A stretch of DNA of 64,000 bases from a virus (taxonomy: Duplodnaviria; Caudoviricetes), in IMG/VR virus record IMGVR_UViG_3300047553_000177, positions 4,686 through 68,685 of that record; one strand, written 5' to 3'. Position 1 is the stretch's first letter; the number at the start of each line of letters is the position of its first letter. Under the pieces are notes generated by a model that saw only the letters and a list, made by a program, of their open reading frames with translations, was not told the DNA's origin and searched no databases. Below are positions 1-10,405 of this stretch, piece by piece. Both the position numbers and the translations under genes were made by a program.

Positions 1-1
1 G

Positions 2-1225
2 GATGATAATGTACCTATAAATAATACTACTATATTCTTTGGAGCAGATAAAACTGTGAACGTAGTTGATCAGTTTATTGGTGAAAATTCTATATATGGT
101 TTAGAACGTGGATACGAAAACCTTAAAAACTCTATCATGGAGAACTCTGGTATATTCTTCCCGTCTCGTACATCACCAGCATTTATGGCATTCAAAGAAA
201 AATTGAAACTAAATACTAGTAAAAATCAGTTTACAGCTGAGATGCATCAACTTATAGACTATAACTTAATGTTTATGATGTTGATGAAACCAGAATCACC
301 TTTCTTCAGAAATGTTAGCTATACAGAATTGTATAAAGATCCAAAAAATAATATCTATACAAGACTAGTAGAATTAAAGAAGAAGTACCTAGGTTTAGGT
401 GCAGCTAAGTTCTTATCTGGATTTGAATCAGACTTCTTACCAGAGAGTAATTACTACGGACTTAAGTTAGATACTTCTACTGCAGGAGAAAGAAGTGAGA
501 AAGAGCAATTTATAAATGGATTACGAGCCATGCTGTTTAATCCTATAGTATTTATATCTGCCCCTAATAGTGAAAAAGTTGTTGGACCAGATGGAAAATA
601 CAGCCCAGAGATGGAAGGGAAGATTAAGGAGATAAAGAAATTAGGTAGAGATTTATTAATGCATACATTCTTAACTAATGGATTTAGACAAAGTTCTGAT
701 TCATACTCAGACATGTTACCTGAAGATTTCTTTACCACTCCTATGGATGTAGATGGTAAGAAGGTAAGTATTGCAGATTTCTTCTATGCTGAAAGAGAGA
801 AGTTAAATGATGCTACATACTTTAGTGGGGATGACTTAGTTAACTATATGACTATGTTTGGAAAGATGAGAGCTGGAGGAGCCGGACTACTAAATTCTGC
901 CAGCAGTTCTAGTTTAAATCAGAATTTACCACCATTAGCTTTTAGTGATCACCACGAAAAGTATATAGTTGTTAAAAACAAAGCTACAAAAGCTACGGCT
1001 GTTTATCAGAAGACTGTATTCTCAGAAGGTAAATCTCACTATGTTGGATTAAAAGGTTCATATGCTGCTAAAGGTGCTCACAAATTATACGGTTCAGGTA
1101 TTGCATGGGTATTAAAAAACCCTAACAATGTCAATATAGAGACATCAGCAATATATACCCCAGACATGGATAAATCTAGAGCATCAAACCTAGATGAAAC
1201 TGGAACTGTAAGTTGTTCACTATAA
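2..1225 (+). CDS. C-terminal part of a large virion cargo protein (5'-truncated by the window; possibly the virion RNA polymerase polypeptide)
   Basis: Frame is open from position 2 to the TAA at 1223-1225. It lies directly before another giant ORF, as in crAss-like cargo clusters. No catalytic motif is visible in this fragment. Confidence 0.5.
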   Translation, partial: DDNVPINNTTIFFGADKTVNVVDQFIGENSIYGLERGYENLKNSIMENSGIFFPSRTSPAFMAFKEKLKLNTSKNQFTAEMHQLIDYNLMFMMLMKPESPFFRNVSYTELYKDPKNNIYTRLVELKKKYLGLGAAKFLSGFESDFLPESNYYGLKLDTSTAGERSEKEQFINGLRAMLFNPIVFISAPNSEKVVGPDGKYSPEMEGKIKEIKKLGRDLLMHTFLTNGFRQSSDSYSDMLPEDFFTTPMDVDGKKVSIADFFYAEREKLNDATYFSGDDLVNYMTMFGKMRAGGAGLLNSASSSSLNQNLPPLAFSDHHEKYIVVKNKATKATAVYQKTVFSEGKSHYVGLKGSYAAKGAHKLYGSGIAWVLKNPNNVNIETSAIYTPDMDKSRASNLDETGTVSCSL

Positions 1226-1229
1226 TACG

Positions 1230-1237
1230 TATATTTG
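1230..1237 (+). promoter_or_regulatory. Bacteroidota-type -7 promoter element TAnnTTTG (TATATTTG)
   Basis: Exact consensus match in the short intergenic gap, 4 nt before the ATG at 1242. Confidence 0.65.
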
Positions 1238-1241
1238 CAAT

Positions 1242-4200
1242 ATGGCTTGTTACTTTTTAAAAATAGATAAAAACGGACAGATTCGACAGTCACCTGTTCA
1301 CACTAGAGTTATTCAATACCTTGATAATAAGATACGTAATAACGAACAGATCTTAGGGACAGATGTCCAATCTATACTTGTAGATGCAGGTATAATGGGA
1401 TTGTTTGTATCTAAAGTAAATATATCAGATGGGTTAGATAACATTCAAGATATAGTAGAACTCAATGCTATTTTAGAATTTAACTATGGAGCCAAAGGAT
1501 CTGCAATAAGATTAACTCCTGTAGAAGGAAAGAGAGGATTGGAGATAATAGCTCAGATAGATGAGAATGTATTGAATCAAATCTCTCCTGTTGCTGCTCC
1601 TACATTCTCTTCTGAGAGATATGCATATGAATTTGCTATGGAGCAGAAGATAAGAAGTGAAGGATGGATAAGCCCTGTCATACAATATACAGGAGATCCA
1701 AGAGTAAAAGTCATAGCTGATCCACAAGCTATTGTAAAAATGCCAAATGAGGTAGCAAGGAATACTAAACCAGTATTCAACCCATCTCTACTTGACATTG
1801 CAATAGAAGAATCAAAAGTTACTAAAGAAAGAGTAGCAAGTATTCTAGCTAGATTGGAGCAAGATGCAAAAGATAGTAGAGTAATCGATGCTAATGAAAC
1901 AAGAGTAGCTATAGATGATATATCTGGACAGATAAATAAAATGAAGACAGCTTTCGAAAAGGCTGGAGTACCTGTGCAGATAGATATAGATACAGATTTA
2001 GAAGTAAAAGGTAGAGTTATTAACGAAAAGGGTAAGATATTAACAATCAAGTTAAACCCTGTGTTAATGACTGAAGATACTCACATCCATGAGTTTGCAC
2101 ATATATTAATAGACTTACTTGGTGAGGATAACCCAGTAGTAGCAAGAGCTTTAAAAGAAGTAAGAAACACTAATCTTTACGATAAGGTAAGAGAAAAATA
2201 CCCTGAGTTAGATCCTAAGCAATTAGATTTTGAAGTACTAGTTACAGCTATAGGTTTGGCAGGTGCTAAGTTTAATAGAAATAACCCAAACAAATTACAA
2301 CAACTTGTAAATAGATTGCTAAGAGCATTGAGTAAAGTGTTTGGATTAGAGTCAAATACATCAGCTGTAGAAGAACTTGCCCAAAGCTTGCTACAAGGTA
2401 GAATAGATAAAAGCATGTTTGAGGGTAAAACTATTAGCTTTTTAATGGCAGATAGTAAGCAAAGTGTAGATGAGAATAAAAAGAAGTTTGAAGAAATCCT
2501 TCAAGATTCTCGTATAGCCATTGAAGAGTCTATTGCTAAGATTAAACGTAAAGGAGAGAGTGCAGATTTAAAAGCTGCTGCACGTCTAGAAGTATTGCAA
2601 AAAAGATTAGAGACTGCTAAAGAAGTAGAAGATTTTAAAGAGTTTATTGAGTACGGATTTCATTTAGCTAATAGAGCTAAAGATGTTATTAATGATGTAT
2701 TCGAGCAGTACTCAGAAAATCCAGAGATGCTTTCTGGTGAGCAGAGATTAGAAATGATGCATAAACTACAAACTGTTGGAGAATATGTATCAGATTTCTT
2801 TGGGGCTAAAGATCCTAGAAATAGTGTTATGGGTAAAATCCATGATTTGATAGACTACAAAGTAAGTATGCTAGAAGGATCTGAGGATATAGAAAGTAAT
2901 CCAGAGTTCTTAAAGTTAACAGCTATTGAGCAAAAGATATCTAAAGCTGTAATGAACATGAATAAGGTAGCAAACAAGTATACAAAAGCTGGTATACCTA
3001 TTCTAGTGGATCTTCTTATGGAGTACAATAGACCTGAGATTAATGATCAGATTGACAATGCTATAGAGAATATAAAAAATAATCAGAGGCTTATTGCAAT
3101 TGAACAAGATGCTGAGTATTTTGAAATTAAAAGATTACAGAAAGAAAAAAAATATAGTTCTGATAAAGATGAGAATGATAGAAAAGCTTTTGAAGCTTTA
3201 CTTGCTTTGAATATGGAGCAGCTTGCAAATAAAAAGATAACTAGACAAACTTTAATAAGGGAACTTACTGAAGCTCAAAAAGATAAGTCTGCATTTAGTT
3301 ATTTAGTAGACCCAATTATTTACTCATCTCAAGTAGGGTTACAGATGTTTGCAACTATGCTTAAGGATAAAATGTATCAAGCTAATGATGATACTAGAGA
3401 AGATATATCTAAAATATCAAAAGCTTATCAAGCATATGAGAAGATTATGGGTTTAGGAATAGACCCAAACAAATTTAATGAGAAAATATTAGAAGTACAT
3501 AGCTACAGAGTCTTCAATCATGAGACTGGTAAGATGGAAGATATGAGAGTACTTTCTTTTGTACAACCTTATGACGTAACAAGATATAAGAGTGAAGAGC
3601 AAAAGATGTATAATGATTTAGGGAAGACTCACAATAAGCCGGGAGAAACAGCTACAGATGAAGAATTCTCTAAATGGGCTAAAAGTTCAGAAGGGAAAGC
3701 TTACTACAAAGATGTAGCTAACTGGTACAAAAATAATTCTGTACCAAGTGAGTCTGCTAAAGCAGAACTTCAAAAGTTGTTGAATGAAAAGAGTGCTATT
3801 AAAAATCTTTTAGAGCAAGCTAAAAAGACTAAAAAAACAGATCTTATAGCTCACTATGAAATGGAGTTCAGTCTTATTAACTCTATGATTAGTAAGATAT
3901 ACGATCCAGTATATAAGCAATTCAAATACACAGCTGTTAGACCTAATGATAAATATGTAAATCCTAAATATGCTAATATGGATGCTGCATCTAAAGAATA
4001 TCATGCAGCTTTATTAGACTTATATAAAGAAAAACAAAAAACATTAGGGAAAGGATCTAATCAAATTCGTAACTCTTGGGATACTTTTAGTTATATAGTC
4101 CCAGCTGTAAGATCTACGGGTTTAGAAAAGGTACAGAAAGACGGTGCATACAGTGCTGCTAGAGATGCAGTAAAGAATACTTTTGAATTCTTATCTACAG

Positions 4201-5912
4201 ATACATCTTACGGTGATGCTATAAATGCTAATGGGGAATCTAGAAATAAAGTTATCCCTATATTCTATGTAAATCCTTTAGATGAATCCTTAACAAGTAG
4301 AGATATAGCCAGTACAATTGCTCAGTTCTCTGGTATGGCTAATATGTTTAAAAGAAAGTCTGAGATCAATAGTGCTGTTGTGATGATGAGAGATGTGATA
4401 GAGAATAGAAAACCTCTAGAAGTAAACTCTGCTAATATCCCAATAGTAAATAAAATAGGTAAGAGACTTGGGTTTGTTAAACATGAAACTAAAGAAGGAG
4501 TAGATAATAATTTTAAACATTTATCTGAGTGGATTGACTCAATCTTCTATGGTGAAAAAGATTTAAAAGAATCTCTTAACATATTTGGTAAAGAAATATC
4601 TGCAGCTAAAGTTGCTAACAAACTTGCTTCTTTTACTGCTTTAAATACATTAGCATTAAACTTATTACAATCAACTAATCAGTTCTTAATAGATAATGTA
4701 AGGTTAGTAGAAGAAGGTGTTGCTGGTCAATTTATGTCAAAGGAAAATTTAGCTTATGCTAAAAAGATGTATTATCTAAGTGCTAATGGTGGACTATCTA
4801 CACTTAAAGATTTTGATTCCTTCTCCCCAGAAAGTAAAGTTGTACAAGCTATACAATATTTTGATGCATTAGGGGAATCATTAAGTATCTCAGAAACTAG
4901 ACAGACTGGCCCTAAAGCACTCAGAGCTGTAAATGATATTCCTATGGGGCTTCAAAAAATAGCTGAACATGAAACAGCTGTTACAAGAATGTTTGGAGTA
5001 CTTGATAGCTATAAAGGAAAACTCAAAGACAAGGATGGGAATGTAATTAAAAATGAACAAGGAGAAGATGCTAATCTTTGGGATGTGTTCATTAAAAATG
5101 AAGCTACAGGTTTATTTGAAATAGACCCTAGAGTAGCTAACGTAAAAAAGATAGAGGTAATCAATAGATTATCTGGACTGACTAAGAAAACAAACCAGAT
5201 TAAAACTGACTTTGATAATGCTATGCTTCAAAGAAGAGCAGGGGGAAAACTTTTAATGCTCTTCCGTAGATACTTTGTACCAGCATTGAGAAGAAACTTT
5301 GGACACAACGGGCTTCGTGGAGGAGTTCATCGTGACTTAGAATTAGGTACTATATCAGAAGGTATGTTCTCTACATTTGGCAGGTATATAAAAGAAACAT
5401 TTAGTAAGCAGGGTGGAAGAATGAATTTTGTATCTGTATATAAAATGATGGAAGACTTTGAGAAGCAGAACATGAAGAGAATGTCTGTTCAAATAGGATT
5501 CTTTATACTCTGCTCATTAATAATAATGTCTCTATCTGGAGATGACGATGATGATAATGGATATTGGGAATCGTTTATGTTATACCAAGCTTTACGTATG
5601 AATTCTGAATTAACACAATTCATCAACCCATCAGAATTCTTAAAGCTTGCATTATCCCCAACTGCTACTGCTCGTCCTTTACAAAGAGCTATAGATTTAT
5701 TCCATCAAGTTTGGACTACAGGTATGGGACATCTTACTGGAGATCCAGATGGATTATATTATGAAAGAAGATCTGGTATCCATGAAAAAGGAGATAGTAA
5801 ATTAATTGCAAAAGCAACTAAGCTTCTACCAATAATAGGTGGATTAGAAAAATCTTCTGATCCAGAAACAGCAGCAAGCTGGTTTGATTTAGGAGCTGGT
5901 AATACAAAATAG
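1242..5912 (+). CDS. giant virion cargo/ejection protein with zincin-like metallopeptidase domain
   Basis: 1556 aa. HExxH motif (THIHEFAHIL) with a downstream Glu (FEVLVTAIG), long helical regions, last gene of the + strand cargo cluster. Confidence 0.65.
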   Translation: MACYFLKIDKNGQIRQSPVHTRVIQYLDNKIRNNEQILGTDVQSILVDAGIMGLFVSKVNISDGLDNIQDIVELNAILEFNYGAKGSAIRLTPVEGKRGLEIIAQIDENVLNQISPVAAPTFSSERYAYEFAMEQKIRSEGWISPVIQYTGDPRVKVIADPQAIVKMPNEVARNTKPVFNPSLLDIAIEESKVTKERVASILARLEQDAKDSRVIDANETRVAIDDISGQINKMKTAFEKAGVPVQIDIDTDLEVKGRVINEKGKILTIKLNPVLMTEDTHIHEFAHILIDLLGEDNPVVARALKEVRNTNLYDKVREKYPELDPKQLDFEVLVTAIGLAGAKFNRNNPNKLQQLVNRLLRALSKVFGLESNTSAVEELAQSLLQGRIDKSMFEGKTISFLMADSKQSVDENKKKFEEILQDSRIAIEESIAKIKRKGESADLKAAARLEVLQKRLETAKEVEDFKEFIEYGFHLANRAKDVINDVFEQYSENPEMLSGEQRLEMMHKLQTVGEYVSDFFGAKDPRNSVMGKIHDLIDYKVSMLEGSEDIESNPEFLKLTAIEQKISKAVMNMNKVANKYTKAGIPILVDLLMEYNRPEINDQIDNAIENIKNNQRLIAIEQDAEYFEIKRLQKEKKYSSDKDENDRKAFEALLALNMEQLANKKITRQTLIRELTEAQKDKSAFSYLVDPIIYSSQVGLQMFATMLKDKMYQANDDTREDISKISKAYQAYEKIMGLGIDPNKFNEKILEVHSYRVFNHETGKMEDMRVLSFVQPYDVTRYKSEEQKMYNDLGKTHNKPGETATDEEFSKWAKSSEGKAYYKDVANWYKNNSVPSESAKAELQKLLNEKSAIKNLLEQAKKTKKTDLIAHYEMEFSLINSMISKIYDPVYKQFKYTAVRPNDKYVNPKYANMDAASKEYHAALLDLYKEKQKTLGKGSNQIRNSWDTFSYIVPAVRSTGLEKVQKDGAYSAARDAVKNTFEFLSTDTSYGDAINANGESRNKVIPIFYVNPLDESLTSRDIASTIAQFSGMANMFKRKSEINSAVVMMRDVIENRKPLEVNSANIPIVNKIGKRLGFVKHETKEGVDNNFKHLSEWIDSIFYGEKDLKESLNIFGKEISAAKVANKLASFTALNTLALNLLQSTNQFLIDNVRLVEEGVAGQFMSKENLAYAKKMYYLSANGGLSTLKDFDSFSPESKVVQAIQYFDALGESLSISETRQTGPKALRAVNDIPMGLQKIAEHETAVTRMFGVLDSYKGKLKDKDGNVIKNEQGEDANLWDVFIKNEATGLFEIDPRVANVKKIEVINRLSGLTKKTNQIKTDFDNAMLQRRAGGKLLMLFRRYFVPALRRNFGHNGLRGGVHRDLELGTISEGMFSTFGRYIKETFSKQGGRMNFVSVYKMMEDFEKQNMKRMSVQIGFFILCSLIIMSLSGDDDDDNGYWESFMLYQALRMNSELTQFINPSEFLKLALSPTATARPLQRAIDLFHQVWTTGMGHLTGDPDGLYYERRSGIHEKGDSKLIAKATKLLPIIGGLEKSSDPETAASWFDLGAGNTK

Positions 5913-5928
5913 TAATACAAAAGGGCAA

Positions 5929-5957
5929 TAAAAAAGGGGCTACTGCCCCTTCTTTAT
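5929..5957. terminator. bidirectional intrinsic terminator
   Basis: AAGGGGC-TACT-GCCCCTT hairpin flanked by A- and T-rich tracts, between convergent gene blocks. Confidence 0.8.
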
Positions 5958-5967
5958 CTTTTTAGTA

Positions 5968-6345
5968 TTAATAATCTTCAAGTTTATAATACCAACCCAT
6001 ATCATCGTACTCTACATGAAGATAGTTAGATCCTAGTACAACAATAAAGTATACATTACATCTTCTACCATCTTTATCAATACATGTCCAAATAGTTGAT
6101 ACACCATCTGATGCAGGTACTTCAGTTATAGGAAAATACTTCTGAAATATCTTAGAGTAAATCGTGATAACATTATCATCAGATATATGTACAGGAATCT
6201 CTAACCCAGTATCAAAAGATTTCCACTCAAGATCTTGTGAAGAATTTTCTCTAACCCCGATCTTTAAAGTTGTAGCTTTATAAGTAACTTGACCAAATGA
6301 TGCTAAACTTAGTATCAGCAAAAATAAAATTAATAATTTTTTCAT
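5968..6345 (-). CDS. hypothetical secreted protein
   Basis: 125 aa. N-terminal signal peptide MKKLLILFLLILSLASFG-Q (Bacteroidota-like Gln after the cleavage site). Confidence 0.6.
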   Translation of the reverse strand: MKKLLILFLLILSLASFGQVTYKATTLKIGVRENSSQDLEWKSFDTGLEIPVHISDDNVITIYSKIFQKYFPITEVPASDGVSTIWTCIDKDGRRCNVYFIVVLGSNYLHVEYDDMGWYYKLEDY

Positions 6346-6350
6346 AAGAT

Positions 6351-6572
6351 TTATTTTGGATCAGTAGTAGTTCCTACCGTAGTAGGATCTACATATACTG
6401 AATCATATTGATTAATAGTTTCTGGAAATTTAATAGCCTTAAATTCGTAATGCTGTTGCTTTAATTTTACTCTATGATCAGCTAAATATTTAATTAGCCC
6501 TATCGTACTTATCACAAGAAGAATTCCTATAATCCAATCAGCAATTAGATCATTCCTAGTATCCTTTTCCAT
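6351..6572 (-). CDS. small membrane protein
   Basis: Likely start MEKDTRN at 6572. One hydrophobic helix WIIGILLVISTIGLI. Confidence 0.55.
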   Translation of the reverse strand: MEKDTRNDLIADWIIGILLVISTIGLIKYLADHRVKLKQQHYEFKAIKFPETINQYDSVYVDPTTVGTTTDPK

Positions 6573-6888
6573 CAGAATAAGTATAAGTAATTTTATCATA
6601 TGTGCTTTTAGACTTCATTGATAATTTAAGCAGTACTAAGTAACCAATTAAATCTGATACAGAATCTTCTGATAAATCATTTATACCTTGATTCTTTATT
6701 CTAGATAGTTTGTCATCTATCCTAGAACAAATAGCATCAACAGGAGTATTCTGTGAAAAGATATTAATAGGCTCTAATGCAGCATTACCATATGCAGTGT
6801 TCTTACTAACTAGCATAGTTTGAATCTTACGTAATTCACTAATTACAGATTCTTCAAAATGGTTCTTGTCCATGGATTTGGTTTTCAT
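6556..6888 (-). CDS. DUF1599 / nucleotide-modification-associated domain 1 (Nmad1)-like protein
   Basis: KNTAYGN...RIDDKLSRI...DLIGYLVL pattern typical of this all-alpha family. Confidence 0.7.
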   Translation of the reverse strand: MKTKSMDKNHFEESVISELRKIQTMLVSKNTAYGNAALEPINIFSQNTPVDAICSRIDDKLSRIKNQGINDLSEDSVSDLIGYLVLLKLSMKSKSTYDKITYTYSDGKGY

Positions 6889-7639
6889 AAATATTTAACT
6901 GAGTTTCAAAGTCTAAACTATCTGATTTCTCAGGTAGTTTAAACCAGTCAATAGGAGTAGCAACTATCTCATTTACTTTAATAAAATGATTGCACCCAAT
7001 AAATTTAGCATTTCCTCCATATACCTCAGCAGCCGGATGAGAAGCTTTGAACATTATATGCTGCTTATCATGCATCATATTTGCTTCTTTAATTATATCC
7101 CCAAATGCTTGTTGAGCAAACTTACCCCATAGCAAGAATATAACTCCGTCTACTTGTTTACAGATTTCTTTAACAATACCTTTAGTAAACCACCCCCAAT
7201 ATTGCTCATGAGAATTAGGTCTTCCTTTAGTCACTGTTAAAGTAGTATTTAATAACAACACACCTTGTTTAGCTAGGTGTTCAAGAGTGTAATCAAATTC
7301 TATAGACTTGTCTTTGCTATCCACACCATGAGAATTGTATATCTCTTCTCGGATAACTCTCAGACTAGGATTAATTTTATTACCAACCTTGACACCAAAT
7401 GCTAAACCTGTAGCAGCTCCATTGTGATATGGATCTTGTCCTATTATCACAACTCTCAGATCTTTAAGTTGACACAACTCAAAAGCCCTGTATACTTCTG
7501 GACTAGCAGGATATACAGTGGCTTCTGAACGTTGTGTTTTAACAAAGTCTGTGAGCTGCTTGTACTCTTGAGGATGAGCATCTATGACTGCCTGTCGAAT
7601 AGACACCCAATCCCCAAGTTGTTCAAGCATTTTACTCAT
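6854..7639 (-). CDS. ung: uracil-DNA glycosylase, family 1
   Basis: VVIIGQDPYH, GLAF, QGVLLLNTTLTV, FLLWG and SHP motifs. Confidence 0.93.
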   Translation of the reverse strand: MSKMLEQLGDWVSIRQAVIDAHPQEYKQLTDFVKTQRSEATVYPASPEVYRAFELCQLKDLRVVIIGQDPYHNGAATGLAFGVKVGNKINPSLRVIREEIYNSHGVDSKDKSIEFDYTLEHLAKQGVLLLNTTLTVTKGRPNSHEQYWGWFTKGIVKEICKQVDGVIFLLWGKFAQQAFGDIIKEANMMHDKQHIMFKASHPAAEVYGGNAKFIGCNHFIKVNEIVATPIDWFKLPEKSDSLDFETQLNIYENQIHGQEPF

Positions 7640-8441
7640 AAAATTTTGTATTTACTTTATTCTTTTTAACAATTTTATAGTACTCTGGATTAAATTTTTC
7701 TTCAATCATTTTTGGAGGAGAATGTAACTCATTCTCAATCGGAATTGAAACGTCTAACTCTTCTTCTAATTGTTTCTTTAGAGAAGGGGACTTGAAAAGG
7801 ATTTTTGCAGTAGTACCGTCCATATTAAAGTTATGGTAGTCTAATATCTTTAGCTTAACAAGATCATCTATTTCAGAATATTTACCTTTAACAAAAGAGT
7901 CAAATGAATTTCTCATCCCATCTGGTATATCAAAGATATACATAACATGAAATGGATCTGTATCTACGTGATATTTATAAGTTTTAAAAGCTTGTAAAGC
8001 TCCTTCAAACTTAGTAAATAATTTATCAGAACTCCATCTATAAAGAAGACAAATAACATTCTCTTCTTCTGGTGTTCCTATAAACGTATTCACTAGATAC
8101 TTATCCCAAAGAAATAATTCTCTATTACCTCCAAGCATTGGACAGATAAATATATTAGACTTATTTGATTTAGCTATAGATAAATCATAACCAACTAAAA
8201 AATTCACGGCATTATAAACTGGATTGATGTGATTAACTTTATATAAAAGCTTGGCTCTAGCTTTAACTATAGACCCTATCTCTACAAATAAATTATCTGT
8301 AGATAGCTTTATTATATTTCCGTTCTCTACCTCTTGTTTATAATCGATGACGCTGCCAGTCATTCGAACTGTTCTACCATTTATTGGTGTAAAGGTGACA
8401 CTACCATTCGTAGTTATCATGCTTTGACTCGATGTACTCAT
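7632..8441 (-). CDS. hypothetical protein
   Basis: 269-aa ORF tightly packed in the operon. No recognised motif. Confidence 0.6.
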   Translation of the reverse strand: MSTSSQSMITTNGSVTFTPINGRTVRMTGSVIDYKQEVENGNIIKLSTDNLFVEIGSIVKARAKLLYKVNHINPVYNAVNFLVGYDLSIAKSNKSNIFICPMLGGNRELFLWDKYLVNTFIGTPEEENVICLLYRWSSDKLFTKFEGALQAFKTYKYHVDTDPFHVMYIFDIPDGMRNSFDSFVKGKYSEIDDLVKLKILDYHNFNMDGTTAKILFKSPSLKKQLEEELDVSIPIENELHSPPKMIEEKFNPEYYKIVKKNKVNTKFYE

Positions 8442-9201
8442 CTTGCTGTGGTTCTAAATAGGTTATTGGACTAAGTGGAGGTAGGTTTTGCCCATACTCC
8501 CTTTTAACATCATTCTCATCTTGTAGTAAATATACTAATCTAAAGTTACTATAGAACTGATGAATACCTTCAGTACTACCAAACTTTTTAATATATTGAC
8601 TCAAGACAAATCCTTCGACATCTGCAGTCCTACCCTTCAACCAATTTTCAGCAGTCTTAACACCAACTCCTGGTATACCTGTAATGTTATCTGTACTGTC
8701 TCCCATCAACACTTGCTTCCAAAGAAACTGATTAGCTTCATCTGGAGATGTGTGAAGGAATTCTACAGTACGATAATTAAAATGCATACCTGAACATTGA
8801 TGAAGAACATCTTTATCTGGAGAACAGATGATTGTTTTACGTGGTTCATTCTTACTATAATAGCTTACAAGATCATCAGCCTCTAATCCTTCTATACCAT
8901 AGAATCCCCATTTCTGCTTAAGGTATTCTCTAAGGGAATAGAATATGACTGGTTTAGGTTTATGTTTCCTATTAGCTTTATAATTACCATCTACTTTATA
9001 TCTAAAGCAGTTATAATCTGTAAGAAATCCTACGTACTGACTAGTTTTGCATTGCTCAAGGATGGTTAAGACCCTAGAGTCTAGCCCTCTTAAGGCCTCC
9101 TCTAGAGTCTGTTTATCCATCTCATAATAAATTAAGCTATCCCCATCAATTAGACATATCGGCTCTACTGATCCACTACTCTGGTCTAATACTTCTTCCA
9201 T
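8401..9201 (-). CDS. 5'-3' exonuclease / flap endonuclease (PolA N-terminal-like, phage RNase H type)
   Basis: LIDGD, YKANR, LEADD, SPDKD and GDSTDNITGIPGVGVKTA motifs. Confidence 0.9.
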   Translation of the reverse strand: MEEVLDQSSGSVEPICLIDGDSLIYYEMDKQTLEEALRGLDSRVLTILEQCKTSQYVGFLTDYNCFRYKVDGNYKANRKHKPKPVIFYSLREYLKQKWGFYGIEGLEADDLVSYYSKNEPRKTIICSPDKDVLHQCSGMHFNYRTVEFLHTSPDEANQFLWKQVLMGDSTDNITGIPGVGVKTAENWLKGRTADVEGFVLSQYIKKFGSTEGIHQFYSNFRLVYLLQDENDVKREYGQNLPPLSPITYLEPQQDEYIESKHDNYEW

Positions 9202-9212
9202 ACAAGCTTAAC

Positions 9213-10382
9213 TTATAAATTATTTATACGAGCAATTTTAGCTTTGATATCTTCAATTCTAGATGAAGATTTTTCTACAGCTTCTTTACGAGCTTCTACC
9301 CATTGTTGGTCAGTCATTGCTGCATAAGTTGAAGAGTGATAAATGGAACCATTTACACCTGCCAAACTTGAATGCACAAAATACTGAAGACAACGGATAG
9401 CTCCAGTGCTGTCATCTGGAACAGCTCCGATGTGCATTGGGTCTACAAAGATGTTGTGAATCTCACCTGAGATACGATTGATATACTCAAGACCTCCAAA
9501 GTGTAAACCAGGTACACATGACTGATGGTCATTAGTATTCACTTGATCCCAAGATGCAAGTCTGTGAGTACATCCTACTTTAATGAAGTGTCCAGGGTTA
9601 GCATAACCGTTAGGACCTTCACAATAGAATGAATCTCCACCATCTCCCATAATAGCAGGTTGGAACAAACGATCTTCTACAAACTCTGGTAAGCCTTCTG
9701 ACTCAATTTCTCCAGTGTCTACATTGAATGTACGTTTGTAACGATCTACTACCTCTCCAGTTTCAGCATCGAACTTATGTAAAACTTCAGAAGAAACTTT
9801 ATAACCGTTCAATAAACCTTCCTTGGTGATTTTCATCTGATACATAGTAGCTTTCTTTCTAGCTACGTCTTCATTCAATCCTTTCTCTTCAACAAGTTCT
9901 TTATAAAGAACAGGGTGAACATATTTTAGATTGATGAAGTTGAAGAATCTCTCAGAGAATTCTACACCTTTACCATGGTGCATCTTCTTCCAAAGAATTG
10001 GGTTACGTAGCCAACGAGTCCACATCTTGATAAGTGGCATGAAATCTAACCCCATGTCCATAGATTCGTAGATTCTCTCTACTAATGCTGCTGGCATTGG
10101 AATATTAGATATTACATCTCCAGTCTTCAAGAAAAATTCACCAGTAGCTTTATTCACATAAATGTGTTCACACTTATCTTGAATAAGCTTAGTATAATCT
10201 TCAACAGCTAAACCATCAAAAGTATCTAAGATAACTTTTAAATCAGCCATAGAGTTTACCTCATCAGCTTTTTTAGCTAACTCTTGCATTTGTTTGTACA
10301 ACTCTTCAGTGTACGTTACAGAGAATGACTTCTCTCCGTAAGATCCTACGATGTTTCCATCGATTACATTTAAACTAATCAT
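9213..10382 (-). CDS. rIIB-like protein
   Basis: Follows the rIIA-like gene. Contains VNTNDHQSCVPGLH and VDPMHIGAVP..GAIRCLQY, as in rIIB C-termini. Confidence 0.75.
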   Translation of the reverse strand: MISLNVIDGNIVGSYGEKSFSVTYTEELYKQMQELAKKADEVNSMADLKVILDTFDGLAVEDYTKLIQDKCEHIYVNKATGEFFLKTGDVISNIPMPAALVERIYESMDMGLDFMPLIKMWTRWLRNPILWKKMHHGKGVEFSERFFNFINLKYVHPVLYKELVEEKGLNEDVARKKATMYQMKITKEGLLNGYKVSSEVLHKFDAETGEVVDRYKRTFNVDTGEIESEGLPEFVEDRLFQPAIMGDGGDSFYCEGPNGYANPGHFIKVGCTHRLASWDQVNTNDHQSCVPGLHFGGLEYINRISGEIHNIFVDPMHIGAVPDDSTGAIRCLQYFVHSSLAGVNGSIYHSSTYAAMTDQQWVEARKEAVEKSSSRIEDIKAKIARINNL

Positions 10383-10405
10383 ATAAGATTTTGTTATTAT
10401 TTGTA

